A stretch of DNA of 61,937 bases, counting the filler. It is 6 parts of 6 records of this genome, joined end to end, with 100 filler letters (N's around TTAATTAATTAA, not from the genome) between each part and the next. Parts side by side here need not be neighbours in the genome. Positions count along the whole stretch, not along the records: positions 1 to 7,067 come from SRR31156797_3918; positions 7,168 to 16,096 come from SRR31156797_3923; 4 more parts are not named here. The stretch is one strand, 5' to 3'. The notes beneath the pieces are model-generated. The model did not search any database. It was not told where the DNA came from and was given only the letters and a program-made list of their open reading frames with translations. Of this stretch, positions 1-10,421 are shown piece by piece (positions within the stretch are counted from its first letter, which is position 1; every line of letters begins with the position of its first letter). The translations under genes and the position numbers were made by a program.

Positions 1-99
1 TGCAGGGTGCCGCAGATGCAAGGCGCCGGGTGTGCAGGCGTACGGTCTTGTACTTCAAATGCCCGGGAACAAGCAGATGCGGTGCCCTGTGAACGCAAC

Positions 100-2007
100 C
101 TAATAGTCTATGCTGAATCCCGCATAATAATACATAGGTTCAATGTAAGTTACGCCATCTTTTGCCTCCTGTTCATCGAAGATATTGTCGATTCCGGCAA
201 AAAGATTGAAGTACTCTTTAAACTGCTTGGAAAGGTAGGCGTTCCAGAGTGTATAGGAGGACTGGTTGCCGTCCGCGTAATACATCTCGCCGACATAATC
301 CATACGAATGTGAGTACGTATTCCCCAATTGGCCAGGGTATATGCGAATTTCAGGCTCCCCTTGTAGTCGGGCTGTCCTTCTAGCTCCTCTCCGGTCTCT
401 TCGTTTTCGGTATCGAGGTAGGTCAGGTGGCCGCTGATATCAAAATTCAGAGGCAATTGCAGGAATGCCTCTACCTCCACACCCTGGGTGGTTGCCTCGG
501 CGACATTTTCATACAGATAGTAGCGGATCTGTTTCTTTCCCGATCCGGTGGAATATTGAAACACCGGTTCGATCAGGTTTTCGATCTCGTTTCGAAAGGC
601 CGTAACGCCGCCCCAAAACGGTCCTGCTTCGCCCTCCAGTCCGAATTCGTAGCTGACGGACTCTTCGGCTTCCAGGTCGGCATTGGGCTCATAGACAACT
701 TTTCCCCTTTGCCTGTAGGAGGTAACATACAGTTCGGAGATGGAAGGGGCACGAAATCCCAACCCGTAGGAGGCTTTCAGTCGTAGATTATCAAAAAAGC
801 TGTAGATCAGAGAAGCTCTCGGTGTCCACTGGTCGCCGAATTCGGAATGGTTGTCGTATCGAAGTCCCGCGACCAAATAGAGAGGGTCGAACAGCTGGAT
901 CTCGTCCTGGAGAAAAAGGCTGGTGTTGTCCATGTCGTCATCCCCCCCGTCACTGTCTTTTCTCCCTTCAGATCTGAAATCTCCCCCCAAGGAGAGGGTT
1001 TGCTTGTCAAACAAAGGGGTTGTAAAAAGTGCTTCTACCTGATTCAGATAGCGCTCGGCATCTTCTTCCGCCGTAACGTCGGCGGCAGGATCGAAACCAA
1101 TCTCGTTTTCATGCTCCGATCGATAGGCTCGAACTTTCAGGTGACGGGCTTCGGCAAAAAGGGCGTCATATTGCAGATAGTAGTCCAGTCTCTTATCTTC
1201 GGCGATCCGCTGGCGATCCCCGTTCTGGTAATACCGACCACCCTCACGATCCATATCGCTGTATTCGAATCCGGCTGAAAGTTCGTTTCCTTCGAAAAAA
1301 TCAAAGGACAATCGGCCGGCGGCGGATCCCAGCTGTTCATCGTCCCCATCGTCAGGCAGTTCTCCATCTTCATCCCATTGAGCCTGGTCACGATAGCCAC
1401 CGGAGAGCAAAAGTCCGACGTTTCCGAAACGGCTCCCTGCGAAGGCGTTGCCTTCGTACAACTCTCCTCCATCACCGGAATGATCACCGAGCCTGCCGCT
1501 CAAACCCGCTACGGTTCTGCTGGGTGCCTGACGGGTGATGATGTTCACGACACCGCCAATCGCGTCACTTCCATAGAGCGCCGAGTTGGGACCCCTTACG
1601 ATCTCAATCCGTTCGACGATGGAGACCGGAATCTGGTGAACGTCGACGAAGTCTTTATAGCCTTCAACACGCCGCCGCCCATCCAGCAGCACCAAGGTGT
1701 GCTTGCCACCGGTTCCGCGAATGTTGACCACCTGGGCTCGACCGGTATCGCCTGCTATAACGAGACCGACTGCTGTTTCCAGGGCCTCCGCCACCGTCGT
1801 TGCACCCGTCTCCTTAATTTCTAGGGCCGTCAACACCTGGACGGAACCGGGTGCGTCTTCAAGGTTTTTTTCCGTTATCGTGGCCGTCACGACCACTTTG
1901 CCTGCATCCATGGCTGAGCTTTTCTCATCCGTTTCCGCACCGATGGCAATCAATCCGCAGCAATGAAACACCAACAGACATCCAATTCCCCACACCCAAT
2001 TTTTCAT
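100..2007 (-). CDS. TonB-dependent outer-membrane receptor (BtuB/CirA-like)
   Basis: Signal peptide; TonB-box-like VVVTAT; plug motif IERIEIVRGPNSALYGSDAIGGVVNIIT; C-terminal aromatic residue. Start moved to ATG 2007 behind GGAGG. Confidence 0.92.
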   Translation of the reverse strand: MKNWVWGIGCLLVFHCCGLIAIGAETDEKSSAMDAGKVVVTATITEKNLEDAPGSVQVLTALEIKETGATTVAEALETAVGLVIAGDTGRAQVVNIRGTGGKHTLVLLDGRRRVEGYKDFVDVHQIPVSIVERIEIVRGPNSALYGSDAIGGVVNIITRQAPSRTVAGLSGRLGDHSGDGGELYEGNAFAGSRFGNVGLLLSGGYRDQAQWDEDGELPDDGDDEQLGSAAGRLSFDFFEGNELSAGFEYSDMDREGGRYYQNGDRQRIAEDKRLDYYLQYDALFAEARHLKVRAYRSEHENEIGFDPAADVTAEEDAERYLNQVEALFTTPLFDKQTLSLGGDFRSEGRKDSDGGDDDMDNTSLFLQDEIQLFDPLYLVAGLRYDNHSEFGDQWTPRASLIYSFFDNLRLKASYGLGFRAPSISELYVTSYRQRGKVVYEPNADLEAEESVSYEFGLEGEAGPFWGGVTAFRNEIENLIEPVFQYSTGSGKKQIRYYLYENVAEATTQGVEVEAFLQLPLNFDISGHLTYLDTENEETGEELEGQPDYKGSLKFAYTLANWGIRTHIRMDYVGEMYYADGNQSSYTLWNAYLSKQFKEYFNLFAGIDNIFDEQEAKDGVTYIEPMYYYAGFSIDY

Positions 2008-2169
2008 GAATCCCTCCAATGGAAAACCAAATTGAGCGATTAGCAGCAAAAGCTCCAACAATTATTGAAATTCCGAATGGTTCCCATTGTGTGTGAATCG
2101 AATTCTGAAAATTTCACAACAAGACGGGGCCAACTGCTAATTGCTAAAGGCTAATGGTTCGCCTCATGT

Positions 2170-2219
2170 AAAAAAAAAGGCGCCGGTAGATCTGCAAATG
2201 GCAGACCCACCAACGCCTT
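2170..2219 (-). terminator. Intrinsic terminator inside the TonB receptor 5' leader (attenuator)
   Basis: Minus strand AAGGCGTTGGTGGGTCTGC-CATTT-GCAGATCTACCGGCGCCTT then a T run; 19-bp stem with 4 G-U pairs valid only on this strand. Confidence 0.75.
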
Positions 2220-2388
2220 CACTTCAAACCGCGCCGTAAAACGACCGGGAGTCGTAAGGTATTTCACACTTAATTTGATAGATCAATCTAAGAGATATAT
2301 CTCGTATAACCAGCAACATCACTTGTCAAGGTTTTTTGTGAATGCTATTTATGAAACTGAATCGACTAAGATCAAATGAGAGGCAGTT

Positions 2389-3411
2389 ATGATCCCCCTA
2401 CCTGCATGCACCACCACATCCAAGCCGCTCCACGACATGTTGAATGGCGCCATTCAATCCAGAATGCTTCAGACCGCTATCAAACTCGGTGTGTTTGACA
2501 ACCTGAAATCCTTTCGATTTGCTGCAGAAGTGGCAGAAAAAATAAGCACACACGAAAAGAATACGAGATTCTTCCTCGATGCCCTGGCCACGATTGGACT
2601 CCTCATGAAAAAAGAGGGTCGCTATCGGAATAGTGCCGTGGTACAAGAGTATCTCACCTCCGACTCCCCCCTTTTTGTTGGGCCGCTGTTCGCCATGGTT
2701 CAGCAGATGTGCATCGATCCGCTGGACGATATGGAAGCATACGTGAGAAAAGGCCCCGCTCCAACGAATCCCGAAGAGAATTTTGCCTCAGCATCCACGT
2801 GGGACAAAGGAACTCGTGCCGGTGCGGCCTGGGCCTTGGGAGAGATGGGAAACCGGCTGGCCGGTATCATCGCAACCCTTCCTGGTTTTGCCGATTTCCG
2901 AACAATGCTCGATCTTGGCGGTGGGCACGGGCTCTTCGCCCTATATATGGTCCAGGCGAGTAAAAAACTAAATGCGGTTGTATTCGATTGGCCAGCCGTG
3001 GTCAAAGTGGCAGGAGAGTATATCGAAACGTACGAAATGAACGGCCGGGTGAGTACCATGGCAGGTGACTACAGGAAAGACGATATCGGTCAGGGTTACG
3101 ACCTCATCTGGGCCAGCGCCACCTTGGGCTTCGCCAAAAACGACATGGACCGGCTGGTTTCAAAAATCCATTCTGCACTCAACCCAAAAGGCTATTTTAT
3201 AAGCCTCCATGACGGAATGACCCATGAAATGACGCAGCCCGACACCAACCTTGGCTGGCTGGGCGGCCTGTTGACAACAGGGACGGATTATCGATTCGAC
3301 CAGGGAGAAATCGCCGAATCAATGTTGCGATGCGGCTTTTGCACCGTACGATCGAGAACCATCGTCACACCAATGGGGGAATTGGATTTGGATATTGCCT
3401 GGAAAAAATAG
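2389..3411 (+). CDS. SAM-dependent O-methyltransferase (family 2, N-terminal dimerisation domain)
   Basis: MLDLGGGHG motif I, VVFDWP, AGDY motifs; N-terminal winged-helix-like region. Confidence 0.88.
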   Translation: MIPLPACTTTSKPLHDMLNGAIQSRMLQTAIKLGVFDNLKSFRFAAEVAEKISTHEKNTRFFLDALATIGLLMKKEGRYRNSAVVQEYLTSDSPLFVGPLFAMVQQMCIDPLDDMEAYVRKGPAPTNPEENFASASTWDKGTRAGAAWALGEMGNRLAGIIATLPGFADFRTMLDLGGGHGLFALYMVQASKKLNAVVFDWPAVVKVAGEYIETYEMNGRVSTMAGDYRKDDIGQGYDLIWASATLGFAKNDMDRLVSKIHSALNPKGYFISLHDGMTHEMTQPDTNLGWLGGLLTTGTDYRFDQGEIAESMLRCGFCTVRSRTIVTPMGELDLDIAWKK

Positions 3412-3436
3412 CACATCGGTACTTCTAACATTCGGG

Positions 3437-3467
3437 TTCGAACCGGGTGCGAAGCACCCGGTTCGAA
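3437..3467. terminator. Perfect hairpin between convergent genes
   Basis: TTCGAACCGGGTGC-GAA-GCACCCGGTTCGAA. Confidence 0.6.
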
Positions 3468-3500
3468 ACAGCTATCCATCCGGGGCAACGGACAGAACGA

Positions 3501-5585
3501 TCAAGCTTTTGAAACGGTTACAAAATGTTCCTGATAGGCAATGGCACCGCCGGCTTTATCCCAGATCTCCATACCACCGGCCATGAACTTGTTGTCGGCA
3601 AGGCCCTTGTTGAAAGCGCGGCTCTCGACTTCGAGCTTGTGACCGAATCCGTGAATCACAAACACCGCCTCCGGATGAATCACATCCGTGACCTTGGCTT
3701 GGATGGACTCTGAATATCCGTTTTGGGAAACATTGACCGTGTCGCCGTTCGATATCCCCAGTTTCTGCGCCTCTTGGGTGTTGATCCAAAGCACATTCTC
3801 AGGCATCTGTTCGAAAAGCATGGGATTGTTCGCCGTGTGACCCTGTGTATGAAGGGCACAGCGTCCAAAGGTCAGCCGAAACTCCCCTTCAGCCGGGGTT
3901 TTGGGTGATTCATAGGGCAGAAGGGATGGGATGCCGTTATCCTCCAGCTTTTTGGAGATAATTTCTATCTTCCCGCTGGGCGTATTGAACTTGTAATCGT
4001 TGAAATCAAGGTAAGCCGGTTTGTCCGCCAGAGCCACATGTCCGGTCGCGTCAAAATCGGATATGTCGACACCCGTTCCTTCTAGCTGGAACTTCCAGAG
4101 ATCCTCAACACTGTCAAACACCAGTTCCGGAAGGTCCATCCTCTTGGCCAGGCCGGAAACGATCTCCCAGTCCGCCTTGGTATCATAGCAGGGTTGAACG
4201 GCCCTGTGCCTCACGAAAAACTGCGGTTTCAGCGCATTTTTCGTGACGATAATGCTCTCCCTTTCAAGGTAAGGCGACAGGGGCAGGACAACATCGGAAT
4301 GCCAGGCCGTGTCGGACCAGGAAAAGGTGACGGAAACCAGAAGGTCCAGTTTCTCCCACATCTTTTTTAACCGTTCCGGATCCGGGTACCCCATCAATGG
4401 GTCGTGGCGGTAGACGATATAGGCTTTTACCGGGTACGGCTCTTCTGTCTCCATGGCTTCATACAGCAGATGGGCAAGCCCCGGACCCTCTTCGAAGTGC
4501 TTGTATTTCCAACCGATACCATCCGCACGTTTCTCTTCCGGTTTGGGATAGAGATCCATGAATTTTTTAAGGCCCTTTTTCCCTACGTCCCCTGGCTTGC
4601 TGACAAACGGCAAGCCTCCTTTTGCGCCATAGGTACCCAGCAGTGCATTGATGATATAGATGGTGCGGCACACGTAGAATGAATTTTTATACCGCGCTGT
4701 CATCCAGCCAGGATGCCAGATCACCGAGGGTGCGGCCTCAACCAGTTCCTTCACGAAACGCCTGAGTTGCGTGGCAGGGATCCCGGTCTCTTTTTCAGCC
4801 CATTCAGGCGTGTAGGGCTCGACAAACTGCTCGAGTTCCCGGAAGCCATCGATATAGGTGTCTTTGAATTTTTGATTCCAGAGCCGGTTGGCGATAATTT
4901 CATTGATCACCGCCAGGTTGAAGGCATAGTCGGTTCCCGGTCGGATCTGCATGTAAGTGTGGGCTTTGGTTGCCGATTTATTGGCCCGGATGTCTATGAC
5001 GCTCAAGCGGCAGCCGTTTTCCATGGCGTCCATGAGATTGTTGACTTCCTGGACATTGACCGCCTCAAAAATGTTTCGCAACTGCAGAACCACATGCTTG
5101 GCGTTCTTTAAATCATAAGCAACAGCCTTGCGGCCTTTGCCCGTCAAAGAGAGAGCTGCATGCTGGACGTTGCGTGCGCAGGATGAATCGTGATTGTTGT
5201 AGTTCGGGGTACCGAGGCCTCTTAAGAACGCACGGTGGTAATCCCGGAACGGTCCGCCGCGGTCCGTAAAAGAGATCGCTTTTGCGCCATGGGTCTCCTT
5301 TATCTCAAGGAGACGGCCGGCAACGTAATCCAGGGCCTCTTCCCATGTGGCCTTGCGCCATTTGCCTTCGCCTCTTTCCCCTTCCCGGATAAGCGGAGTC
5401 TGAGGGCGTTCATTGTCATAGATCAATCCGGTTCCTGCCGCGCCCCGCGGGCATACCGCGCCTTTCATGGCAGGCACGTGGGGGTTCCCCTCGATAAAAG
5501 AGACCTTGCCGTCCGTTACATGGACTTTAATAGGACAGCGCACCGTACACATGCCGCACACACTATAAGAACTTTCTGTTGCCAT
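3501..5585 (-). CDS. Molybdopterin oxidoreductase, thiosulfate/polysulfide reductase (PhsA/PsrA) family catalytic subunit
   Basis: N-terminal CGMCTVRC...CPRG [4Fe-4S] motif; NHDSSC putative Mo-ligand Cys; IRPGTD; SDVVLP; C-terminal molydop-binding domain; no Tat signal. Confidence 0.88.
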   Translation of the reverse strand: MATESSYSVCGMCTVRCPIKVHVTDGKVSFIEGNPHVPAMKGAVCPRGAAGTGLIYDNERPQTPLIREGERGEGKWRKATWEEALDYVAGRLLEIKETHGAKAISFTDRGGPFRDYHRAFLRGLGTPNYNNHDSSCARNVQHAALSLTGKGRKAVAYDLKNAKHVVLQLRNIFEAVNVQEVNNLMDAMENGCRLSVIDIRANKSATKAHTYMQIRPGTDYAFNLAVINEIIANRLWNQKFKDTYIDGFRELEQFVEPYTPEWAEKETGIPATQLRRFVKELVEAAPSVIWHPGWMTARYKNSFYVCRTIYIINALLGTYGAKGGLPFVSKPGDVGKKGLKKFMDLYPKPEEKRADGIGWKYKHFEEGPGLAHLLYEAMETEEPYPVKAYIVYRHDPLMGYPDPERLKKMWEKLDLLVSVTFSWSDTAWHSDVVLPLSPYLERESIIVTKNALKPQFFVRHRAVQPCYDTKADWEIVSGLAKRMDLPELVFDSVEDLWKFQLEGTGVDISDFDATGHVALADKPAYLDFNDYKFNTPSGKIEIISKKLEDNGIPSLLPYESPKTPAEGEFRLTFGRCALHTQGHTANNPMLFEQMPENVLWINTQEAQKLGISNGDTVNVSQNGYSESIQAKVTDVIHPEAVFVIHGFGHKLEVESRAFNKGLADNKFMAGGMEIWDKAGGAIAYQEHFVTVSKA

Positions 5586-5627
5586 ATTTACTCTCCATAA
5601 GGTTGAAATAATTTTTCAGGTAATACA

Positions 5628-5644
5628 AGCCAGAATCATGCCAA
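5628..5644 (-). promoter_or_regulatory. sigma54 -24/-12 promoter for the molybdoenzyme
   Basis: Minus strand TTGGCATGATTCTGGCT (GG-N10-GC) about 45 nt upstream of the ATG; TGCAC-rich enhancer-like tract at 5765-5820. Confidence 0.65.
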
Positions 5645-6031
5645 AAATAGTCATAAATCTTATAAACCACCCAGTTGCAGCCGATCGGTATTGAGCAGGT
5701 GAAATAACTCCAGATAGAGAGTTCCGCGACGACTGTCAAGCAATGAACGCAGGCACCGGCACCGTTGCACAATAAATAATGCGCAATCTTATTGCTGCAC
5801 CGAGTTGTTTTTATTGCACTACGTAAAAAACAGACCGTCGGATTTACTGTAAATAAATCGAGAATGAAGTTGAATGCCATACGCTACTTGTTAAAAGCGG
5901 ATCGCTCCCCCTGGGTGTTTATTAAAAAAAAAGGTTTGAAACCAGCACAAAAGAAATTGTATCAGGTTGTTTTGAACGTATCTCAAAAAGGGATCTCCTT
6001 GTTTATCTTTTCAGCTTTAGGGAAAAGTGTA

Positions 6032-7067
6032 ATGCCTTCGGGTTTGATTGTTTCACTGCTGCTGTCGGTGCTGTTTATCTTTCAGGCTCCAGAAACCGCC
6101 GGTTCTTCGGAGTTGCCTCAGTCCGTACAGGCTGAATTGAAAAATCAAATCGGCCTTAACGATTCAGTGGTTCTGGCAACCCCGAACGGTCGTCTGCTCA
6201 TCAGCATAAACGCGAACCGGAAACGGGTACCAGCTTCGACACTCAAGGTGCTCACGGCCCTGGCGGCACTTCACCATCTCGGGCCATTTTTCCGTTATCC
6301 GACAGACTGTTTCACCGACAACCACAACAATCTGATTATCAAAGGATATGGAGATCCACTTCTCGTCTCCGAGGAGGTGGAATTCATCTGCACCCGGTTG
6401 AGGCATCAGATAAAGACGATCAATCAAATTCTGATTGATGACAGCTATGTCTGCCAGCCGGTCCGCATCCATGGCCGCAATTCAAGCCTTGAGCCATACG
6501 ATGCCCCCAATGGCGGGGTCGGCGTCAATTTCAACACAGTGTTTTTCAAAACCAAGAACGGTACCGTTGTTAGCGGGGAACCCCAGACCCCCTTGCTTCC
6601 GCTCGCCATTTCAAAAATCCGAAAGTCCGGCATGAGCGAAGGAAGGATCACGTTGAGCCATGACCGGGGCGATATTTGTGCCTATGCCGGAGAAATGTTC
6701 GCCTATTTTCTTAAAAAGAACGGTGTGGTGCTGGCCGGGCAGGAGAGGATTGCCAGGGCAGAGCCTTTCGACGAATCGCCGGCTCTTGTCTATCGCCACA
6801 AGTCCCGTTTCAAGCTGGACATGGTCATTCAAAAGCTGTTGAAATTTTCCAACAATTACATTGCCAATCAACTGTTGCTGACACTCGGGGCAACATGCAG
6901 ATCGACACCCGCAACCATTGATAAAGGGGTCTGCGTTCTGAAGGCATATGCAGCGGAACACCTGGGAATTTTGGATCTCGATATCGTGGAGGGATCGGGC
7001 ATTTCACGCCTGAACCGGATAAGCGCCACCGACATGTTGAGGGTGCTGGATGCCTTCAAACCTTATT
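6032..7067 (+). CDS. dacB: D-Ala-D-Ala carboxypeptidase/endopeptidase PBP4 (peptidase S13), 3' truncated by contig end
   Basis: PASTLK (SxxK), GYGDP, SNN, GSGISR motifs; ATG 6032 precedes a signal/anchor helix. Confidence 0.88.
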
Positions 7068-7167
7068 NNNNNNNNNNNNNNNNNNNNNNNNNNNNNNNNN
7101 NNNNNNNNNNNTTAATTAATTAANNNNNNNNNNNNNNNNNNNNNNNNNNNNNNNNNNNNNNNNNNNN
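7068..7167. other. Artificial contig spacer (N + TTAATTAATTAA + N)
   Basis: 100-nt linker with stops in all frames. Confidence 0.98.
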
Positions 7168-8593
7168 ATTAATGGCTACCGTAAAAGGTGATGTTCACGA
7201 TATTGGGAAAAATATTGTAGATGTTGTTTTGGGCTGTAACAATTTCGAGGTGATCGATTTGGGCGTAATGGTTCCATGTTCTCAAATACTGGAAGTTGCT
7301 AAACGCGAAAATGTTGATGCCATTGGCTTGAGTGGATTAATCACTCCTTCGTTAGAGGAGATGTGTTTTGTTGCTGAAGAAATGAAGCGGGAAGGATTTG
7401 ACATTCCTTTGGTGGTTGGTGGAGCGACAACTTCTGAATTACATACAGCAGTTAAGGTAGAACCAAATTATGAAAATGGTGTGGTTCATGTTGTTGATGC
7501 CTCAAAATCAGTAGGGATTTTCAAAAGTTTGTGTGATAAAAACAAGCGTGGAGATTTTCTTACAACTATTAAAGAAGAATATCAGAGAGTTAGAGATGAG
7601 CATGCCAATCAGAAATCGGCGGAGTATTATAGTTTGACCGAAGCCAGAAAAAACCGAGAGGCAATTGATTGGAATGTTTCATCAATTTATAAACCCAATA
7701 AAACAGGCTTGCAGGTTCAAAAGAACTTCTCGATTAGAGAAATCAGAAAATATATCGATTGGACTTTCTTTTTTGTTGCCTGGGAACTGAAATGCATGTA
7801 TCCTGAGATCATGGAAGATCCAGATCTGAAAGATGAGGCTAAAAAATTATTCGACGATGCCAATCGCATGCTTGATGAGATTGAAAAGGAGAATTTATTA
7901 GAGGCAAGTGCAGTTTATGGATTGTTTCCAGCAAATGCTGTGGGAGATGATATCGTACTATATTCTGATGAGGATAGAAGTCTGGAATTAACTCGATTTT
8001 GCAGTATTCGTCAACAAGAAAAATTTTCGAAAGGATTGAGTAATTTATGCTTGAGTGACTTTATTGCACCAATTGAATCAGGTAAACTGGATTATGTAGG
8101 TGCTTTTGTTGTAACAGCAGGATTAGGTATTGAGGATAGTTTGAAGAAATTTGCTGATAAGCATGATGATTACAACAGCATCATGATTAAGATTTTAGCG
8201 GATCGATTGGCAGAAGCATATACAGAATTGCTTCACGAACAAATCCGTAAAGAGGATTGGGGATATGCAAATGGAGAAGATTTAGGAGTTGAAGAAATGC
8301 TGAGAGAAAAATATCAGGGAATTCGTCCAGCATTTGGATATCCTTCTTTGCCCGAGCATTCCGAAAAAAGAGTTCTTTGGGATTTTCTTGATGTTGAAAA
8401 GCAAATTGGAGCAACACTTACTGAGAGTTATGCCATGTATCCGGCAGCATCGGTTAGTGGATTAATTTTGGCTCATCCCGATGCAATCTATTTTTCTATA
8501 GATAAGATAAAGGATGATCAATTGAAGGATTATGCATCGCGTAAGAAGATATCAGAAGAAAAGGCTAGAAAGTTGTTAGCACCAATATTATAG
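7168..8593 (+). CDS. metH: Cobalamin-dependent methionine synthase, C-terminal part (5' truncated)
   Basis: ATVKGDVHDIGKNIV B12-binding motif, SGLITPSL, GIRPAFGYP activation domain. Confidence 0.96.
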
Positions 8594-8679
8594 AGACATC
8601 AATTTATTAGTTATACTATAATTGAAAGGGAGATATAAATTTAATATTTAAATCACTTTTTCAGATCTAATTATTACCA

Positions 8680-9639
8680 ATGAAAGTAATCGAACATTTA
8701 AATCAGGCAATTGAGAATAAAACCACACATTTCTCTTTTGAACTGTTGCCACCTTTAAGAGGCAACAGTATATATAAGGTTTTTAATACCATTGAAAAAT
8801 TAAAAGAATTCGATCCCAAGTACATTAATATTACTGCTCATCGCGATGAGGTGGTATTTGTAGAATCAGGAAATGGAGGATTCGAGAAAAAAATTACTAG
8901 AAAACGTCCTGGTACGGTTGCCGTTGCTGCTGCGATTCAAAATAAATATAAACTGACAGTTGTTCCTCATGTTATTTGTAGTGGTTTTACGCCGGAGGAA
9001 ACCGAAAATGCACTTTTAGATTTAAACTTTTTGGGCATTTACGATCTTTTATTGCTTAAAGGTGATTCATCTCCTCGTCATGATTTTATTCCTACTGAAG
9101 GAGAGCACAAGTATGCATTGGATTTAATTGGACAAGTGAACGATATCAACCGAGGACAATTTTTAGATGGAACCCATGTGGATCCTTTCGAAACACCATT
9201 TTCTTTTGGTACAGCTGGTTACCCAGAGAAACACGAAGAAGCGCCCAATATGGATTCTGATATTTATTGGTTAAAGCAAAAAGTTGATGCCGGTGCCGAA
9301 TATATCGTGACACAAATGTTCTTTGATAATCAGAAATACTTCGAATTTGAGAAAAGAGTGCGTGATGCTGGAATTACGGTACCTGTTGTTCCTGGAATTA
9401 AACCAATATCGGCTTTAAGCCAGTTAACAGTGCTTCCACAGATATTTAAAACGGATATTCCAGAAGCTTTGGCAGCTGAAGTTCGTAAGTGCAAAACCAA
9501 TGAAGAAGTGAAGCAGGTTGGTATAGAGTGGGGAATTCAACAATCTAAAGAACTGATTCAGCACGGTGTTCCATCATTGCACTTTTATACTTTAATGGCT
9601 TCGAATTGTGTTCGTGATATTGCAAAAGCGGTTTACTAA
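8680..9639 (+). CDS. metF: 5,10-methylenetetrahydrofolate reductase
   Basis: FSFELLPP, AGYPEKHEEA, KVDAGAEYIVTQMFFD, LHFYT; follows metH. Confidence 0.95.
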   Translation: MKVIEHLNQAIENKTTHFSFELLPPLRGNSIYKVFNTIEKLKEFDPKYINITAHRDEVVFVESGNGGFEKKITRKRPGTVAVAAAIQNKYKLTVVPHVICSGFTPEETENALLDLNFLGIYDLLLLKGDSSPRHDFIPTEGEHKYALDLIGQVNDINRGQFLDGTHVDPFETPFSFGTAGYPEKHEEAPNMDSDIYWLKQKVDAGAEYIVTQMFFDNQKYFEFEKRVRDAGITVPVVPGIKPISALSQLTVLPQIFKTDIPEALAAEVRKCKTNEEVKQVGIEWGIQQSKELIQHGVPSLHFYTLMASNCVRDIAKAVY

Positions 9640-9661
9640 AGAAACTATTCAATTTATAAAT

Positions 9662-9699
9662 AACGCCCCTCTTTGTTCATAGTCATAGAGGGGTGTTTT
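9662..9699 (+). terminator. Terminator after metF
   Basis: ACGCCCCTCT...AGAGGGGTGT followed by T residues. Confidence 0.55.
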
Positions 9700-9703
9700 A
9701 GTC

Positions 9704-10327
9704 TTATTCTTTTAGAACTTTGTACTTGCTTAATTCTTCCTTTGTCATCCAGTGGATATCATTTGCTGAAGCAGCATTAATAGTGAAATAGTAGAATTCC
9801 TCAGCTTCTTCTTGGGTAAAACCGATATTCTTGTAGTATTTAATATATGGCAGATGATGTTCGTGTCCTTTTGGAAAATCAGTTGCAGTAACTTCTTTTC
9901 CGTTATCATCTTCACCACCCCATGAATGAACACCAATTCTAGTATCAACACCCACAGTTCGTTTTATTCCAGCCAAAAAGAAATCTGTTCCGCCAGAAGC
10001 AACCAATCCACCATTGTTAATGTGAATCTCAAATCCAATTTGATGAACTTTTAAAGATAGTTTCAGGTTGGTTTCATCATCCTCCGATCCTTCACATTCT
10101 TTAATAACAATTTTTTTAATGTCTGGATAAGCCTTATGAAGTGCATTAAAGTTTTTTAATGAATTACTATTAATAACTCCATTCATTTCAATGCTTTCGT
10201 TATTGTCCATCACTTTAAAGATACCGTAATGTGTTTTATTACTGACTTTATCGCTGCTACTGCAAGCAATAAAAGATAAACTACTAATAATTAGGATAGC
10301 GAAAATTTGCACTGTTGATTTACTCAT
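9704..10327 (-). CDS. Lipoprotein, COG3904-like (ClpP/crotonase-like fold)
   Basis: Lipobox FIAC; VASGGTDFFLAG..R...IGVHSW motif. Confidence 0.65.
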   Translation of the reverse strand: MSKSTVQIFAILIISSLSFIACSSSDKVSNKTHYGIFKVMDNNESIEMNGVINSNSLKNFNALHKAYPDIKKIVIKECEGSEDDETNLKLSLKVHQIGFEIHINNGGLVASGGTDFFLAGIKRTVGVDTRIGVHSWGGEDDNGKEVTATDFPKGHEHHLPYIKYYKNIGFTQEEAEEFYYFTINAASANDIHWMTKEELSKYKVLKE

Positions 10328-10371
10328 AATTATAATATTTAATGATTATTAATTCAATTTGTTACAAAAGA

Positions 10372-10421
10372 AAACACATACCTCAGTCTTACTCTATAGA
10401 GCAAAACTGAAGTATGTGTTT
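10372..10421 (-). terminator. Long leader hairpin upstream of the lipoprotein
   Basis: 23-bp stem (3 G-U pairs on the minus strand), TATA loop, followed by TCTTTT, about 45 nt before ATG 10327. Confidence 0.55.

Noticed and set aside
1-92. Imperfect inverted repeat downstream of the TonB gene
   Set aside because: Cut by the window edge; cannot tell terminator from repeat.
5563-6031. 105-aa ORF and long N-terminal extension of dacB
   Set aside because: Overlap the promoter region; better starts exist at 5585 (minus) and 6032 (plus).
7112-7123. TTAATTAATTAA recurring five times; ORFs ending XXXLIN
   Set aside because: Synthetic linker, not a biological repeat or a real C-terminus.
100-8593. 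B12 regulon linking the TonB receptor to metH/metF
   Set aside because: Different contigs with different composition; no cobalamin riboswitch consensus seen.
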